Positions 9,206 to 18,611 of a DNA stretch of 64,000 nucleotides are shown here, piece after piece (the stretch's first letter is position 1; every line of letters begins with the position of its first letter). Where the stretch lies: positions 32,001 through 96,000 of the forward strand of contig JAYZAY010000062.1 in assembly GCA_036339465.1 (NCBI GenBank). Direction: 5' to 3'. The position numbers and the translations under genes were made by a program. The notes beneath the pieces are model-generated. The model had not been told where the DNA came from, did not search any database, and was given only the letters and a program-made list of their open reading frames with translations. The DNA is from Myxococcota bacterium (GTDB lineage: Bacteria; Myxococcota; XYA12-FULL-58-9; JABJBS01).

Positions 9206-11155
9206 CTATTCTCTCTCAAGCTTTGTTTCCAGTTTCTCCCACTCTTCCATGAAGTGCTCCAAACGCCCACTGAGCATTTGTTGTCTCCCATGGAGTTCGA
9301 AGAGTTCGCCCTGATTTTCAGGGGCGTACATGGATGGGTTATTGAGAGTGGCTTCAAGTTCTTCGAGTTCTTTCTCTATTTTTGCAATTTTCTGGGTGGT
9401 TTCTTCGAGTTTCCTTTCTCGTTTTTTGCGCTCTTTTGATGCTTGACGCAGGGCTTCACGGTTTTGTTGCTGATTTGGTTTTGACTTTGACTCTGGCTTT
9501 GAATTTGAATCGGGTTTCGTTTTTGTGATTTTCTTGGGCTCTGGCTTGGCGAAGTTAAGGTGGTCTTCGCCTTGTTGCTCTAAAAAATCATCGTAGTTAC
9601 CGGGGAAAACCAATGCTTGGCCAGGCTTAATTTCGATGATTTTGGTGGCGACTCTAGAGACGAGCCACCGGTTGTGTGACACAAATACAACCGTGCCTTC
9701 GAAGTCACACAAGGCTTGATTAAGGACTTGAATCGATTCTAGGTCTAGGTGGTTGGTTGGCTCATCTAGAATCAAGGTGTTGGGTTTCTGAAGCATAATG
9801 TCGGCGAAGAGAAGTCGCGCCGATTCCCCGCCCGAGAGATGGGAGGTTTTTTTGTGTGCATCATCTTGCTCAAAGAGACAGCGGCCCATCACCGAGCGTA
9901 TTTCGCCGATGGTTAATCCTGGATATTTATGGCTTAGGTATTCGAAAACCGTTCCATCGAAGTGTGCCAATGTTTCATGGGGATCCTGCGCGAAATAGCC
10001 GATATCCACAGACTGCCCCCATTCATAATGACCTCTGTCGATGCTCAATTGAGACATGATGCATTTGAGTAGGGTTGATTTGCCCACACCATTGGGGCCG
10101 ATGAGCCCGACCCGTTCGCCTTTTTGAACCGTAAAATTGACGTTCTCCAGTACGTGGTTTTCGTCAAAGCTTTTATCTAGATTTGCGATTCGAAGTACAT
10201 CTTTTCCAGTCTGCTCTTGGAGCTTGAATTGCAAGTTGGGATATCGTCTGGAGCTACCTTGAATGGGTTCTAAAACGATGCGGTCGAGCATTTTCTTTTT
10301 GCTTTGGGCTTGTCGGGCTTTGGAAGCTTGGGCCTTAAATCTTTGAATAAAGGCTTGTTGTTTTTCGATTTCTTTTTGGCGTTTGTTCATTTCCTTTTCT
10401 TTGAGCGCCAAGACGGATTGCTTTTGGGAAATGAAGTGGTCGTAATTTCCAGGGTAAACCTGAATGGTGTTGTAGTCAAAGTCCAAAATATGGGTGCATA
10501 TTTGGTTTAGGAACCGTTGGTCGTGGGAGACGGTAATCACGATTCCCTTAAAATTGATCAGGAATTGTTCTAGCCAAGCGATCGATACGATATCTAAGTG
10601 GTTATTGGGTTCGTCGAGAAGGAGAATGTTGGGGTTGCCTATGAGGGATTGTGCCAAAAGAACCCGCATCTTAAATCCGCCCGAGAGAGTGCTCAGAGGC
10701 TGCTCATGGAGTTCGGTGGCGATTCCCAATCCCGCAAGGATTTCGGCCGAGCGCGCAGGGATGCTATAGCCATCGGACTGCAGGAGGACTCCATCTATTT
10801 CACTGAGCCGGGCGGAGTCGAAGTCGCCGCTCTCGGCATCGACGAGGATTTTTTCTCGTTCGCTCCACAGGGGAAAGACAATTTCATCCCCCATCATGGC
10901 AACTTCAATGATGGGTTGGTGATCCGACTGAAAGTGGTCTTGCTGGATGAATCCGAGCCGAATACCTGGATTGACGCGGTATGAGCCTTTGGTGGGTTCT
11001 TCGGTGCCGGTGAGAATGCTTAAGAGTGTCGATTTTCCTGAGCCATTGGCGCCCACAATTCCGTAGCGATGCCCTGGTTGGAATTGATAAGAAACATCCT
11101 TGAAAAGAGTTCTTCCCCCAAAGGATTTTTCGAGATTTGAAACAACGATGCTCAT
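9206..11155 (-). CDS. ABC-F family ATPase (ribosome-associated, YbiT/YheS-like)
   Basis: Two ATPase domains (GANGSGKS, GPNGVGKS), LSGG and LDEP motifs, no TM segments, C-terminal coiled coil. Confidence 0.92.
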   Translation of the reverse strand: MSIVVSNLEKSFGGRTLFKDVSYQFQPGHRYGIVGANGSGKSTLLSILTGTEEPTKGSYRVNPGIRLGFIQQDHFQSDHQPIIEVAMMGDEIVFPLWSEREKILVDAESGDFDSARLSEIDGVLLQSDGYSIPARSAEILAGLGIATELHEQPLSTLSGGFKMRVLLAQSLIGNPNILLLDEPNNHLDIVSIAWLEQFLINFKGIVITVSHDQRFLNQICTHILDFDYNTIQVYPGNYDHFISQKQSVLALKEKEMNKRQKEIEKQQAFIQRFKAQASKARQAQSKKKMLDRIVLEPIQGSSRRYPNLQFKLQEQTGKDVLRIANLDKSFDENHVLENVNFTVQKGERVGLIGPNGVGKSTLLKCIMSQLSIDRGHYEWGQSVDIGYFAQDPHETLAHFDGTVFEYLSHKYPGLTIGEIRSVMGRCLFEQDDAHKKTSHLSGGESARLLFADIMLQKPNTLILDEPTNHLDLESIQVLNQALCDFEGTVVFVSHNRWLVSRVATKIIEIKPGQALVFPGNYDDFLEQQGEDHLNFAKPEPKKITKTKPDSNSKPESKSKPNQQQNREALRQASKERKKRERKLEETTQKIAKIEKELEELEATLNNPSMYAPENQGELFELHGRQQMLSGRLEHFMEEWEKLETKLERE

Positions 11156-11399
11156 GCTTACTTAGTCTCTGTTGGTCTTGTTGAAGATCGACGAACGACC
11201 TATTAATATGGACCGGTTCCATGGCCTAAACCACGAAAAGGTGCAAGACTCTGGGCGGGAACGACGAAGTGTTTTTGGGCGATTGAATTTGTTTTGAACG
11301 TTGCATGATTTGTTGGAACCCCGTAGAGGCATCTTTCAAATCGGTTTATGTGTCTCAGGGGTTACCGTATGGTGATTATTTCGCGGATCGGAGGTTAGG

Positions 11400-12038
11400 G
11401 TGGGTATTTTTCAGACCGATTCCTATGATACTGCCGCCCGGGATTTGATTGAAATCGGCCGTTTCTTTCACGGTTTTGGCTGGGCTGCGGCAACGAGTGG
11501 CAACTATTCAATTCGCATTGCCGATGACCAGGTGGTGATGACCGTTTCCGGTTGCCACAAAGGCGAATTAACGCCAAAAGATTTTTTGGTTGTAGATCTC
11601 GATGGAAGGCCCTTGGCGGTTTGGCGTGATGAGGACACAAGTTCTGCAGAGGCGCGACTCCATTTGCAGGTGTATCAAAACAAGCCCCAGGTCTGCTCGG
11701 TCCTCCATTGTCACACGGTCGCAAGTACGGCGATTTCACGACTCCATGATCATAGTCTGGAATTGGCTGATTACGAGGTCTTTAAGGCTTTCCCACAATT
11801 CAAAACCCATGAGCACGATATTTCGATTCCCATTGTGGGCAATAGCCAGGATATGGATATTTTGTCTCAGGTCGTGAGTGAGCGTTGGAAAGAAATCGAT
11901 GCGGTAAGTTCCTATTTGATCCGAGGTCACGGGTTATATACGTGGGGAGATTCTCCAATGGGTGCACGCAATCAGGTTGAAGCGCTAGATTTTCTATTTC
12001 AGAGTTGGTTATTGGAAAAACGGAGCAGAAGGAAATGA
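11400..12038 (+). CDS. mtnB: Methylthioribulose-1-phosphate dehydratase
   Basis: GWAAATSGNYS, SAEARLH, HCH, GHGLYTWG (class II aldolase fold); operon with mtnD and mtnC. Confidence 0.92.
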   Translation: MGIFQTDSYDTAARDLIEIGRFFHGFGWAAATSGNYSIRIADDQVVMTVSGCHKGELTPKDFLVVDLDGRPLAVWRDEDTSSAEARLHLQVYQNKPQVCSVLHCHTVASTAISRLHDHSLELADYEVFKAFPQFKTHEHDISIPIVGNSQDMDILSQVVSERWKEIDAVSSYLIRGHGLYTWGDSPMGARNQVEALDFLFQSWLLEKRSRRK

Positions 12039-12577
12039 CGTGTTTAAAGGTTTGGGAGCATCCTAGTGTTAGGTTGAAAGAGGAAACCACCGACTCCGAA
12101 GAAATTCAAAAAATACTGAGTGGTTATGGTGTCCGGTTTGAGCGGTGGGAAGCCTCCGCCTCTCTTGCCGATGATGCGACCCAAGATGATATATTGGCGG
12201 CCTACGCTCAGAGCGTGAAACGTCTGAAATCTGAGTCGGGTTTTCAATCGGCCGATGTGGTGAGCTTGACACCCGACCACCCAGACAAAGTTGCATTCCG
12301 GGAGAAATTTCTGAGTGAACATATTCATTCCGATGATGAGATTAGGTTTTTTGTGGATGGTAAGGGACTATTTTGTATGCACTTTGACAATCAAGTTGTC
12401 ACAGTATTGTGTGAAGGTGGCGATTTGATCAGTGTGCCTGCGAATATCAAGCATTGGTTTGACATGGGACCGGAACCGTTTTTTAAGTGCATTCGATTGT
12501 TTACAACTCCTGAAGGTTGGGTCGCTGATTTTACCGGTGATTCAATTGCAGATTCTTACCCAAAGCTTGGATCATGA
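12035..12577 (+). CDS. mtnD: Acireductone dioxygenase
   Basis: FLSEHIHSDDEIRFFVDGKGLF, HWFDMG, IRLFT; ATGA overlap with mtnB. Confidence 0.95.
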   Translation: MTCLKVWEHPSVRLKEETTDSEEIQKILSGYGVRFERWEASASLADDATQDDILAAYAQSVKRLKSESGFQSADVVSLTPDHPDKVAFREKFLSEHIHSDDEIRFFVDGKGLFCMHFDNQVVTVLCEGGDLISVPANIKHWFDMGPEPFFKCIRLFTTPEGWVADFTGDSIADSYPKLGS

Positions 12578-13251
12578 ACGTTTCTGGCATTGTGACAGAT
12601 ATTGAGGGAACGACGACCTCCATTTCCTTTGTTTACGACATCCTTTTTCCTTATGCACGTAGGCACCTGTCGGATTTTGTAATGGCCCACCATGGGCGTG
12701 AAGCGGTGGCAAAGGTATTGGAGGAGATTCAAGAAATTTCAGGTGCTTCGGAGCCGAAAGCCGCAGTCGATGTTTTACTCGGGTGGATGGATGCCGATCA
12801 AAAGGTGACCCCATTAAAGTCTCTCCAAGGTATGATTTGGCGAGATGCTTATGAGTCGGGCCAAATCAAGGGGCATGTTTATGAGGATGCTTATAAGGAG
12901 CTTAGGTCGTGGCGCGATGGCGGTAAGTTTCTCGCGGTCTATTCTTCAGGTTCTGTTGCGGCCCAGAAACTTCTTTTTGGCTACAGTGACTTTGGAGATA
13001 TGAGACCTCTTTTTCGTGATTATTTTGACACGACCACAGGTCCCAAGAGAGAAGCTCAATCCTATGGAAAAATTGCTACCGCTTTGGGGGAGGATGCGGG
13101 TTCGTTACTCTTTCTTTCCGACGTTGAGGCAGAGCTTGATGCTGCATTTGAGGCAGGATTTCAGGTGGTCCAATTGATTCGTGAAACCTCAATGACCCCA
13201 AGTGCAAAGTACCGTTGGGTGCGTTCTTTTTCCGAGATTGAATTACCCTAA
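12574..13251 (+). CDS. mtnC: Enolase-phosphatase E1 (acireductone synthase)
   Basis: HAD motif DIEGTT, LFPYA, LKSLQG, YSSGSVAAQKL, FLSD. Confidence 0.95.
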   Translation: MNVSGIVTDIEGTTTSISFVYDILFPYARRHLSDFVMAHHGREAVAKVLEEIQEISGASEPKAAVDVLLGWMDADQKVTPLKSLQGMIWRDAYESGQIKGHVYEDAYKELRSWRDGGKFLAVYSSGSVAAQKLLFGYSDFGDMRPLFRDYFDTTTGPKREAQSYGKIATALGEDAGSLLFLSDVEAELDAAFEAGFQVVQLIRETSMTPSAKYRWVRSFSEIELP

Positions 13252-13263
13252 CAAGGGATGTGC

Positions 13264-14022
13264 TTAAGGAATGAGTTGACTGAAAGCGCTCGCAATTTCT
13301 TGAGTGGTTGGATGGAATTTAATGCTCAAAGCCAGGCATATCTGAGAACCAAAATAGAGGGGAGATCCCCATAGCTTGTTTCCAAAGCCAGCGTTGGCGA
13401 AACGGTTTCGAGCCACAGAAATATCGGATAAAAGAAAACCAACCGTGCCGACACCGATCAGCACATTGCGGCTCGAAACACTGGTGCCGATTCCCAGGCT
13501 TACCATGAGACAAATCGCAACCAAATAGGCCATCACGGGGATCTTTAGGTTTTTGTCAATTTGGGACCACAGGCCGCTAACGATATGGTAGCCAAGGCTA
13601 AGGAGGGCCACGAAGCAGAGAAGGCTGGCCAATACATTGGGCTTTCGGTAAAAGAATGCATAGCTATAGACGACATGTGCAAAGAGGAACGCAAAGATCC
13701 CCAGAAAGAAGGCGAATTTATTTTTGGGGATTAAGAGCACATCTCCGAGCCAAGATAAAATAAGTCCGATAATGATCCATGTCCCATAAAACGAATGGAC
13801 GTTGGTGCATAGAAACCCCAGTGCTACAAATCCGGTGGCTGCAAGGGGTTTAAACAGCCATTTTCTGGATTGGTTGTTGTCGTATTCAGCCTTAAGGAGC
13901 AGGGCCACAGAGAGCATGGTGGTTATGACGAGGAAGAGAATCCAACCGTTTTCCTGGCCTATATTTTCAAGCGACACTTTGCTTCCTTTGGGTAAATGTT
14001 CGGCGGTGCTCTTCAATGGCAA
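13264..14022 (-). CDS. YhhN/lysoplasmalogenase-family membrane protein (start uncertain)
   Basis: FKPLA, GDVLL, FLFAHVVY, FLLSD, LYFGSQ; multiple TM helices. Confidence 0.85.
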   Translation of the reverse strand: MPLKSTAEHLPKGSKVSLENIGQENGWILFLVITTMLSVALLLKAEYDNNQSRKWLFKPLAATGFVALGFLCTNVHSFYGTWIIIGLILSWLGDVLLIPKNKFAFFLGIFAFLFAHVVYSYAFFYRKPNVLASLLCFVALLSLGYHIVSGLWSQIDKNLKIPVMAYLVAICLMVSLGIGTSVSSRNVLIGVGTVGFLLSDISVARNRFANAGFGNKLWGSPLYFGSQICLALSIKFHPTTQEIASAFSQLIP

Positions 14023-14917
14023 CTTGGATGGTGGTTTTATGGATTTCTACGATATCGTCAATGGATTTGGCATAACCTCCCGACATGGTCAGTGCAAGGG
14101 GCAGTTGTCGGGCGAAACACCAGTTAAAAACTTTTTCATCTCGTTTGCGCAAACCATTTTTGGACAGTTTGAGGTGTCCAAATTGGTCGTATTCATACGG
14201 GTCAGCTCCGGCGAGGTAAAAGACGAAATCCATCTGGAATCTGCTTTCAATGATGGCCAAGCTTTCTTCCAGAGCTTGGAGATAGGGTTCGTCTGTGGTG
14301 TTGGAGGGGAGGGGAAAGTCTAAATCGCTCTCTTCTTTATGATAAGGGAAGTTATCGTTGCCGTGGATCGAGAATGAAAAGATGGAGTCATCCCCCTGAG
14401 TGAGTTCCGCGGTTCCATTGCCTTGATGGACATCAAGATCGATGATGAGAATGTTCTTGATTGCGAATTTTGCTTGAATCACTTTCGCCGCAACCATCAC
14501 ATCGTTGAACACACAAAAACCTTCTCCGCGATCCGCAAAGGCATGATGCGTTCCCCCAGCGAGGTTTATACTGAGTCCGTCTTCAATGGCTGTGGTAGCA
14601 GCTTCAATGGTTGCTCCCACAGACCGCCGAGAACGTTCGACCATTTCAGGAGACCAAGGGAATCCGATGCGCCGCATTTCTCGAGGCGTTAGTGTTCCGT
14701 GAATCACACGTTGAACGTAGTCATGGGTATGAACTTTTTGTAGGTCTTCATCGCTCGCTGCTTGGGGGATAAAGAATTGGTGGTCGGGTAGAATTCTTTG
14801 GGCTAGAAGTGCTTGCCTGAGCCGGAGGTATTTTTCCATTGGGAACTTATGTTCTTTGGGTAGGGGTAGAACAAAGTTGTCGGTGTAATAAGCTTTGACC
14901 AAAGGTTTCTCTATCAT
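13967..14917 (-). CDS. Zn-dependent histone deacetylase family protein
   Basis: HKFPMEKY, GGTHHA, GFCVFND, DLDVHQGNGT, GADP and GGY catalytic/metal motifs are all intact. Confidence 0.95.
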   Translation of the reverse strand: MIEKPLVKAYYTDNFVLPLPKEHKFPMEKYLRLRQALLAQRILPDHQFFIPQAASDEDLQKVHTHDYVQRVIHGTLTPREMRRIGFPWSPEMVERSRRSVGATIEAATTAIEDGLSINLAGGTHHAFADRGEGFCVFNDVMVAAKVIQAKFAIKNILIIDLDVHQGNGTAELTQGDDSIFSFSIHGNDNFPYHKEESDLDFPLPSNTTDEPYLQALEESLAIIESRFQMDFVFYLAGADPYEYDQFGHLKLSKNGLRKRDEKVFNWCFARQLPLALTMSGGYAKSIDDIVEIHKTTIQVAIEEHRRTFTQRKQSVA

Positions 14918-15121
14918 GGTTTGCTCTTCTAATTATTTTGCATGGGGATTAGCCCGAAATAGGGACTATGGTCTACTATATGAGGGTTTAGTTTGAAAAT
15001 AGGGTTTAATTCAAGGTGGAAACGATTGCTCCTCATGGCAAGATCTGAGAAAAGAAATCAATTGAATCAGCAGGATGAAGGAAACGGAAGACACAAGCGA
15101 CTAAGTTGCGCAAGCTAGGAG

Positions 15122-16060
15122 ATGCAAATGGCTTTGGATGAGGGCACTCGCCAAGAGATTATCAATACTATCGGTACCGATAATGTGGTTTTGTTTATGA
15201 AGGGGTCGAAAGGGATGCCTCAATGTGGATTTTCTGCCACGGTGGTACAGATCCTCAATGAATTGGTCGAGGACTACGCCACGGTGGATGTCCTTTCGGA
15301 TCCGGCTCTTCGCGAGGGGATCAAGGCCTATTCAAATTGGCCGACCATTCCACAACTCTATATTAAAGGTGAGTTCATTGGTGGTTGTGACATCGTTAAA
15401 CAGATGTATGAGTCTGGAGACCTAGAAGGAAAACTCGATGTTGTATTGGAGCCGGTTGAGCCACCCTCAATCACGGTGACGGATGCTGGTGCGAAAGCCT
15501 TGAATGACGCCATAGAGGCAAACCCCGACGGGCCTTCCTCTTTTCATTTGGTCGTAAACGAACATTTTGAACCGGGTTTACAGTTTGGTCCTGAATCGGC
15601 ACGAAAGCTCAAAGTGGAAGCAAATGGGGTGACGTTCTTCATTGATCGATCCAGTGCGCCAAGAGCAGAGGGTATTACGATTGATTTTATGGAGGGTGCC
15701 GACGGTAGTGGCTTTAAGATAGAGAACCCTAATGCCCCGAAGCCTGTTGAACAGCTGAGTGTTGGGGAAATCAAGGCGAAACTCGATGCAAAAGAGTCTT
15801 TTGTTTTTATTGATGTTAGAGGGGAAGATGAACGATTGACTGCTACCATTTCGGGAACCCAACTCTTAGACGATGGGTTTCGAGAAGAGCTCACCAAGAT
15901 GGACCGTGATACCTATCTCGTTTTTCATTGCCACCATGGTGGTCGTAGTCAACAAGCGGCTGACCATTATCGCAACGAGGGTTTTTCACGTGTTGCCAAC
16001 ATGGTGGGGGGAATTGACGCATGGTCTCTAGAGATAGATTCGGATATTCCACGCTACTAA
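15122..16060 (+). CDS. grxD: Monothiol glutaredoxin (Grx4) fused to an IscA/HesB-like domain and a rhodanese domain
   Basis: CGFS, WPTIPQLY, GGCDI; middle domain ITVTD..FKIENPNA; rhodanese DVR..CHHGGRS..GGIDAW. Confidence 0.9.
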   Translation: MQMALDEGTRQEIINTIGTDNVVLFMKGSKGMPQCGFSATVVQILNELVEDYATVDVLSDPALREGIKAYSNWPTIPQLYIKGEFIGGCDIVKQMYESGDLEGKLDVVLEPVEPPSITVTDAGAKALNDAIEANPDGPSSFHLVVNEHFEPGLQFGPESARKLKVEANGVTFFIDRSSAPRAEGITIDFMEGADGSGFKIENPNAPKPVEQLSVGEIKAKLDAKESFVFIDVRGEDERLTATISGTQLLDDGFREELTKMDRDTYLVFHCHHGGRSQQAADHYRNEGFSRVANMVGGIDAWSLEIDSDIPRY

Positions 16061-16109
16061 TACGTGCTCCATAGACATTGACACTTACTTCGCTTCCTAG
16101 CTTCTTTAC

Positions 16110-16430
16110 TCCGGCCTTTACCTTTGTGCTGGTTGAGCTCCAAGCTCAAGCTACTTGCCTGCTCGTTTCCGTTAGGTCTGAGGTCTTCGGCGCGACCTAT
16201 GCCGCCATCCCCCCCCCCCTGAATGGGAGACCGTATTCAATGACTCTCGTGGTTGGTTTGGTCGGGCGAATCAGAACGCCATGGACCTGAGGGTGTAGAG
16301 GTTTACCAATTGTATGAAGAATTTTCTCAGTGCTCTCCTCTGGCTGAAGCACGGGGCATTTAGAATGGTGCTCTTTCGTGCGTTGCTTACTCTTGTCATA
16401 CTTTTGAGGGAACTTGGTTTCTACACCCTC
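16110..16430 (+). ncRNA. Candidate structured non-coding RNA of unknown family
   Basis: Five or more consecutive hairpins, including an 11-bp perfect closing stem 16289-16299/16420-16430 with nested helices. G-U pairs favour the + strand. Confidence 0.4.
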
Positions 16431-17152
16431 CCACACTGATGCCACCTATCCTTATTTTGGCGTCGGATTTACCTTCTTTAGCCCACAATCGTTTTGCGTA
16501 CGGTAATGGGAAAAACCATTGTGGAATATGCACCGCATCTTTCGGGCTTCCGAGGGTCTGGCATGGTGGCAGAGAAGCATTGTCGACCAATATTGTATAA
16601 CCCCGTTGTTGGCGGTACTCCGGTTGCGTTGATATGCGCATTGCAGGGCACAGGTGTTTTGCATGGCAAGGGTATTGACGTAAATCGAGCGATGAGAACC
16701 TCGCTCTTCACTTTGGGGATATTCAAGATACTCTCTAGCATCTGGGTGGCAAAAGACCTCTTCGGATTTTTTCATTGGGATCTGCACAACTGCTTTGTTG
16801 ATGTCGACCGATGGATTGGCAATGGGAACTGTTTGTGTTTTTTTAGTGGGCGTCGGCAAGTTGCTCTTTCGGTATTCAAAGTGCAACAGCAGGAATACAC
16901 GTCAGATTTGGCCAAAAACGAACTTTTTATTGATAAAACATAGAAAAATGACCCTTCAATGTCAGTTGAAGTCCATTCTCTTCTTTCCTCTGAATTGTCT
17001 CATGGTTTAAAAGGGCTTGATTATGTGGATAGCGTATTTCTGTGGTGTCTGCGTTGCGAAGCAATAATGCGTCGTACGTTGATGGCATGTTGAGTGGAAT
17101 CGTTATTTGCTCACCCATTACAACGTGACGATGATTAACTCGGAGGAAGAAA

Positions 17153-17437
17153 ATGGCCGCAAAGAAAGCAGCATCTAAGAAAGCAGCACCTAAGAAAGCA
17201 GCACCTAAGAAAGCAGCGCCTAAGAAAAAGCCAGCAGCTAAGAAAAAACCAGCAGTTCAGGACATGGTTCTTGTTGTAAGTAAGACCAAGGACGCACTTA
17301 AGGCGAGTGGCTGTAATGTTGCGGGCGATGCTCTTGATGGGTTGAATGCGCTCGTGCACCAGCACATTGCACAAGCGGCCAAGCGAGCTGAAGCCAATGG
17401 TCGTAAGACCATTCGTGCTCACGATTTCGTTGCCTAA
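17153..17437 (+). CDS. Bacterial histone-fold protein with a Lys/Ala/Pro-rich N-terminal tail
   Basis: Residues 38-94 (VLVVSKTKDALK...GDALDGLN...AKRAEANGRKTIRAHDF) show the short bacterial histone fold with the RxTxxxxD motif. SD GGAGG at 17142-17146; terminator downstream. Confidence 0.9.
   Translation: MAAKKAASKKAAPKKAAPKKAAPKKKPAAKKKPAVQDMVLVVSKTKDALKASGCNVAGDALDGLNALVHQHIAQAAKRAEANGRKTIRAHDFVA
17162..17227 (+). repeat. 15-bp coding tandem repeat (AAGAAAGCAGCACCT-like) encoding KKAAP/KKAAS units
   Basis: About 4 near-identical units within the histone tail. Confidence 0.9.
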
Positions 17438-17463
17438 TAGGTTTCGAAATAGTGTTATCGGTG

Positions 17464-17490
17464 AAAAGGGCGACTTCGGTCGCCCTTTTT
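17464..17490 (+). terminator. Intrinsic terminator (possibly bidirectional) after the histone gene
   Basis: AAAAGGGCGAC-TTCG-GTCGCCCTTTTT, a perfect stem with a cUUCGg loop and U tract. Confidence 0.9.
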
Positions 17491-17515
17491 CGTTTGTTCC
17501 ATGGGCAGAACGTGA

Positions 17516-18556
17516 TTGTATACGGTCTTAGATATGCTTCTAAGGGATTTAACAAAATTAAGTGGGTGGTTTATTGCATCTCACGCCGCAAGAATTTCTG
17601 AAGAGCCGCTTTCTCTCTTGATAGCGGGGCAGCAACTCGCTTTTTACCGAATGAAAGGTAAGGTGGTTGCGGTTGAAGACCGCTGCCCTCATCGAAATGT
17701 TCCCATTTCACGGGGAAAAAATCACGGTGAGACGATTCAGTGTGGGTATCATGGATGGGAATTTGATTCTAAGGGCCATTGCGTGAGGATACCGGGCATG
17801 GTGGGGGAAATTCCCGAACCAAGACCTCATCTCAAGAATTTTCCTGTATTTGAGAAAGACAACTTTGTGTGGGTGTATGTGGGAGCTGATGCGCCTGAGG
17901 GTCAGCCTTATGCTTGGCGACATTTGGGCGAAGATGGTTATGTGAATTTCTTTTACGATTACCGCTTTAAAGGGGATCTTGTTTCTACGGCAGAAAATAT
18001 TCTCGATGTGCCCCATACTGCTTTTCTGCATAAAGGGCTTTTTCGTAGTGGGGCTTCCAACCGAATTGAAGTTGAAGTCCGACGTGGGTCTGGCATGGTT
18101 GAGGCGGAATATATGGGTGAACCGAGGCCAGAAGGGATTATGGGGCGGTTGTTGGCTCCTGGTGGTGGCGACGTCGTCCATGTCGACCGCTTTGTTTCTC
18201 CTTGTGTGGCCGAGGTGGAATACAGACTTGGGGAACACCGGCATATCTTGGTGGCCAGCGCCCTTACACCCATATCGACCGAAGAGACTCATATGTATGC
18301 AATGGCAGCCTTTCGGGTACCGAAAGTGCTGGCACCGATACTGCAACTTTTTAAGCCCATTGCCTTAAAGGTTGTGGCGCAAGATGCTGAGATGTTGGCT
18401 CTCCAAAAAGAGAATTTGGAGAGATTTGGCAAGCCGCAACTACGCTCAACCTATCTTGATGTTTTGGGGACTGAAATTTCCCGCCTAGTCCATGGTGAGA
18501 ATAGAGACCAAGAGGGTGAAATACAGGTGTTACGGCGGGTTGAAATGGAAATATAG
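17516..18556 (+). CDS. Rieske non-heme iron oxygenase alpha subunit (VanA-like)
   Basis: Rieske CPH...CGYHGW; mononuclear iron site ENILDVPHTAFLH; C-terminal QD. Confidence 0.92.
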   Translation: MYTVLDMLLRDLTKLSGWFIASHAARISEEPLSLLIAGQQLAFYRMKGKVVAVEDRCPHRNVPISRGKNHGETIQCGYHGWEFDSKGHCVRIPGMVGEIPEPRPHLKNFPVFEKDNFVWVYVGADAPEGQPYAWRHLGEDGYVNFFYDYRFKGDLVSTAENILDVPHTAFLHKGLFRSGASNRIEVEVRRGSGMVEAEYMGEPRPEGIMGRLLAPGGGDVVHVDRFVSPCVAEVEYRLGEHRHILVASALTPISTEETHMYAMAAFRVPKVLAPILQLFKPIALKVVAQDAEMLALQKENLERFGKPQLRSTYLDVLGTEISRLVHGENRDQEGEIQVLRRVEMEI

Positions 18557-18611
18557 AAGGTCTCAACTTCGAAACTCTTGCAAATTTAAGGTGTTGCTAT
18601 AAGGCCCTTTT

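Noticed and set aside
16061..16450. RNase P RNA, tmRNA, SRP RNA or retron msr-msd
   Set aside because: No GAGGAAAGTCC, no tRNA-like ends, no SRP core motif, and no reverse transcriptase in the window
17135..17422. Antisense ORF with CCFLR repeats
   Set aside because: Reverse-complement shadow of the histone KKAAP repeats
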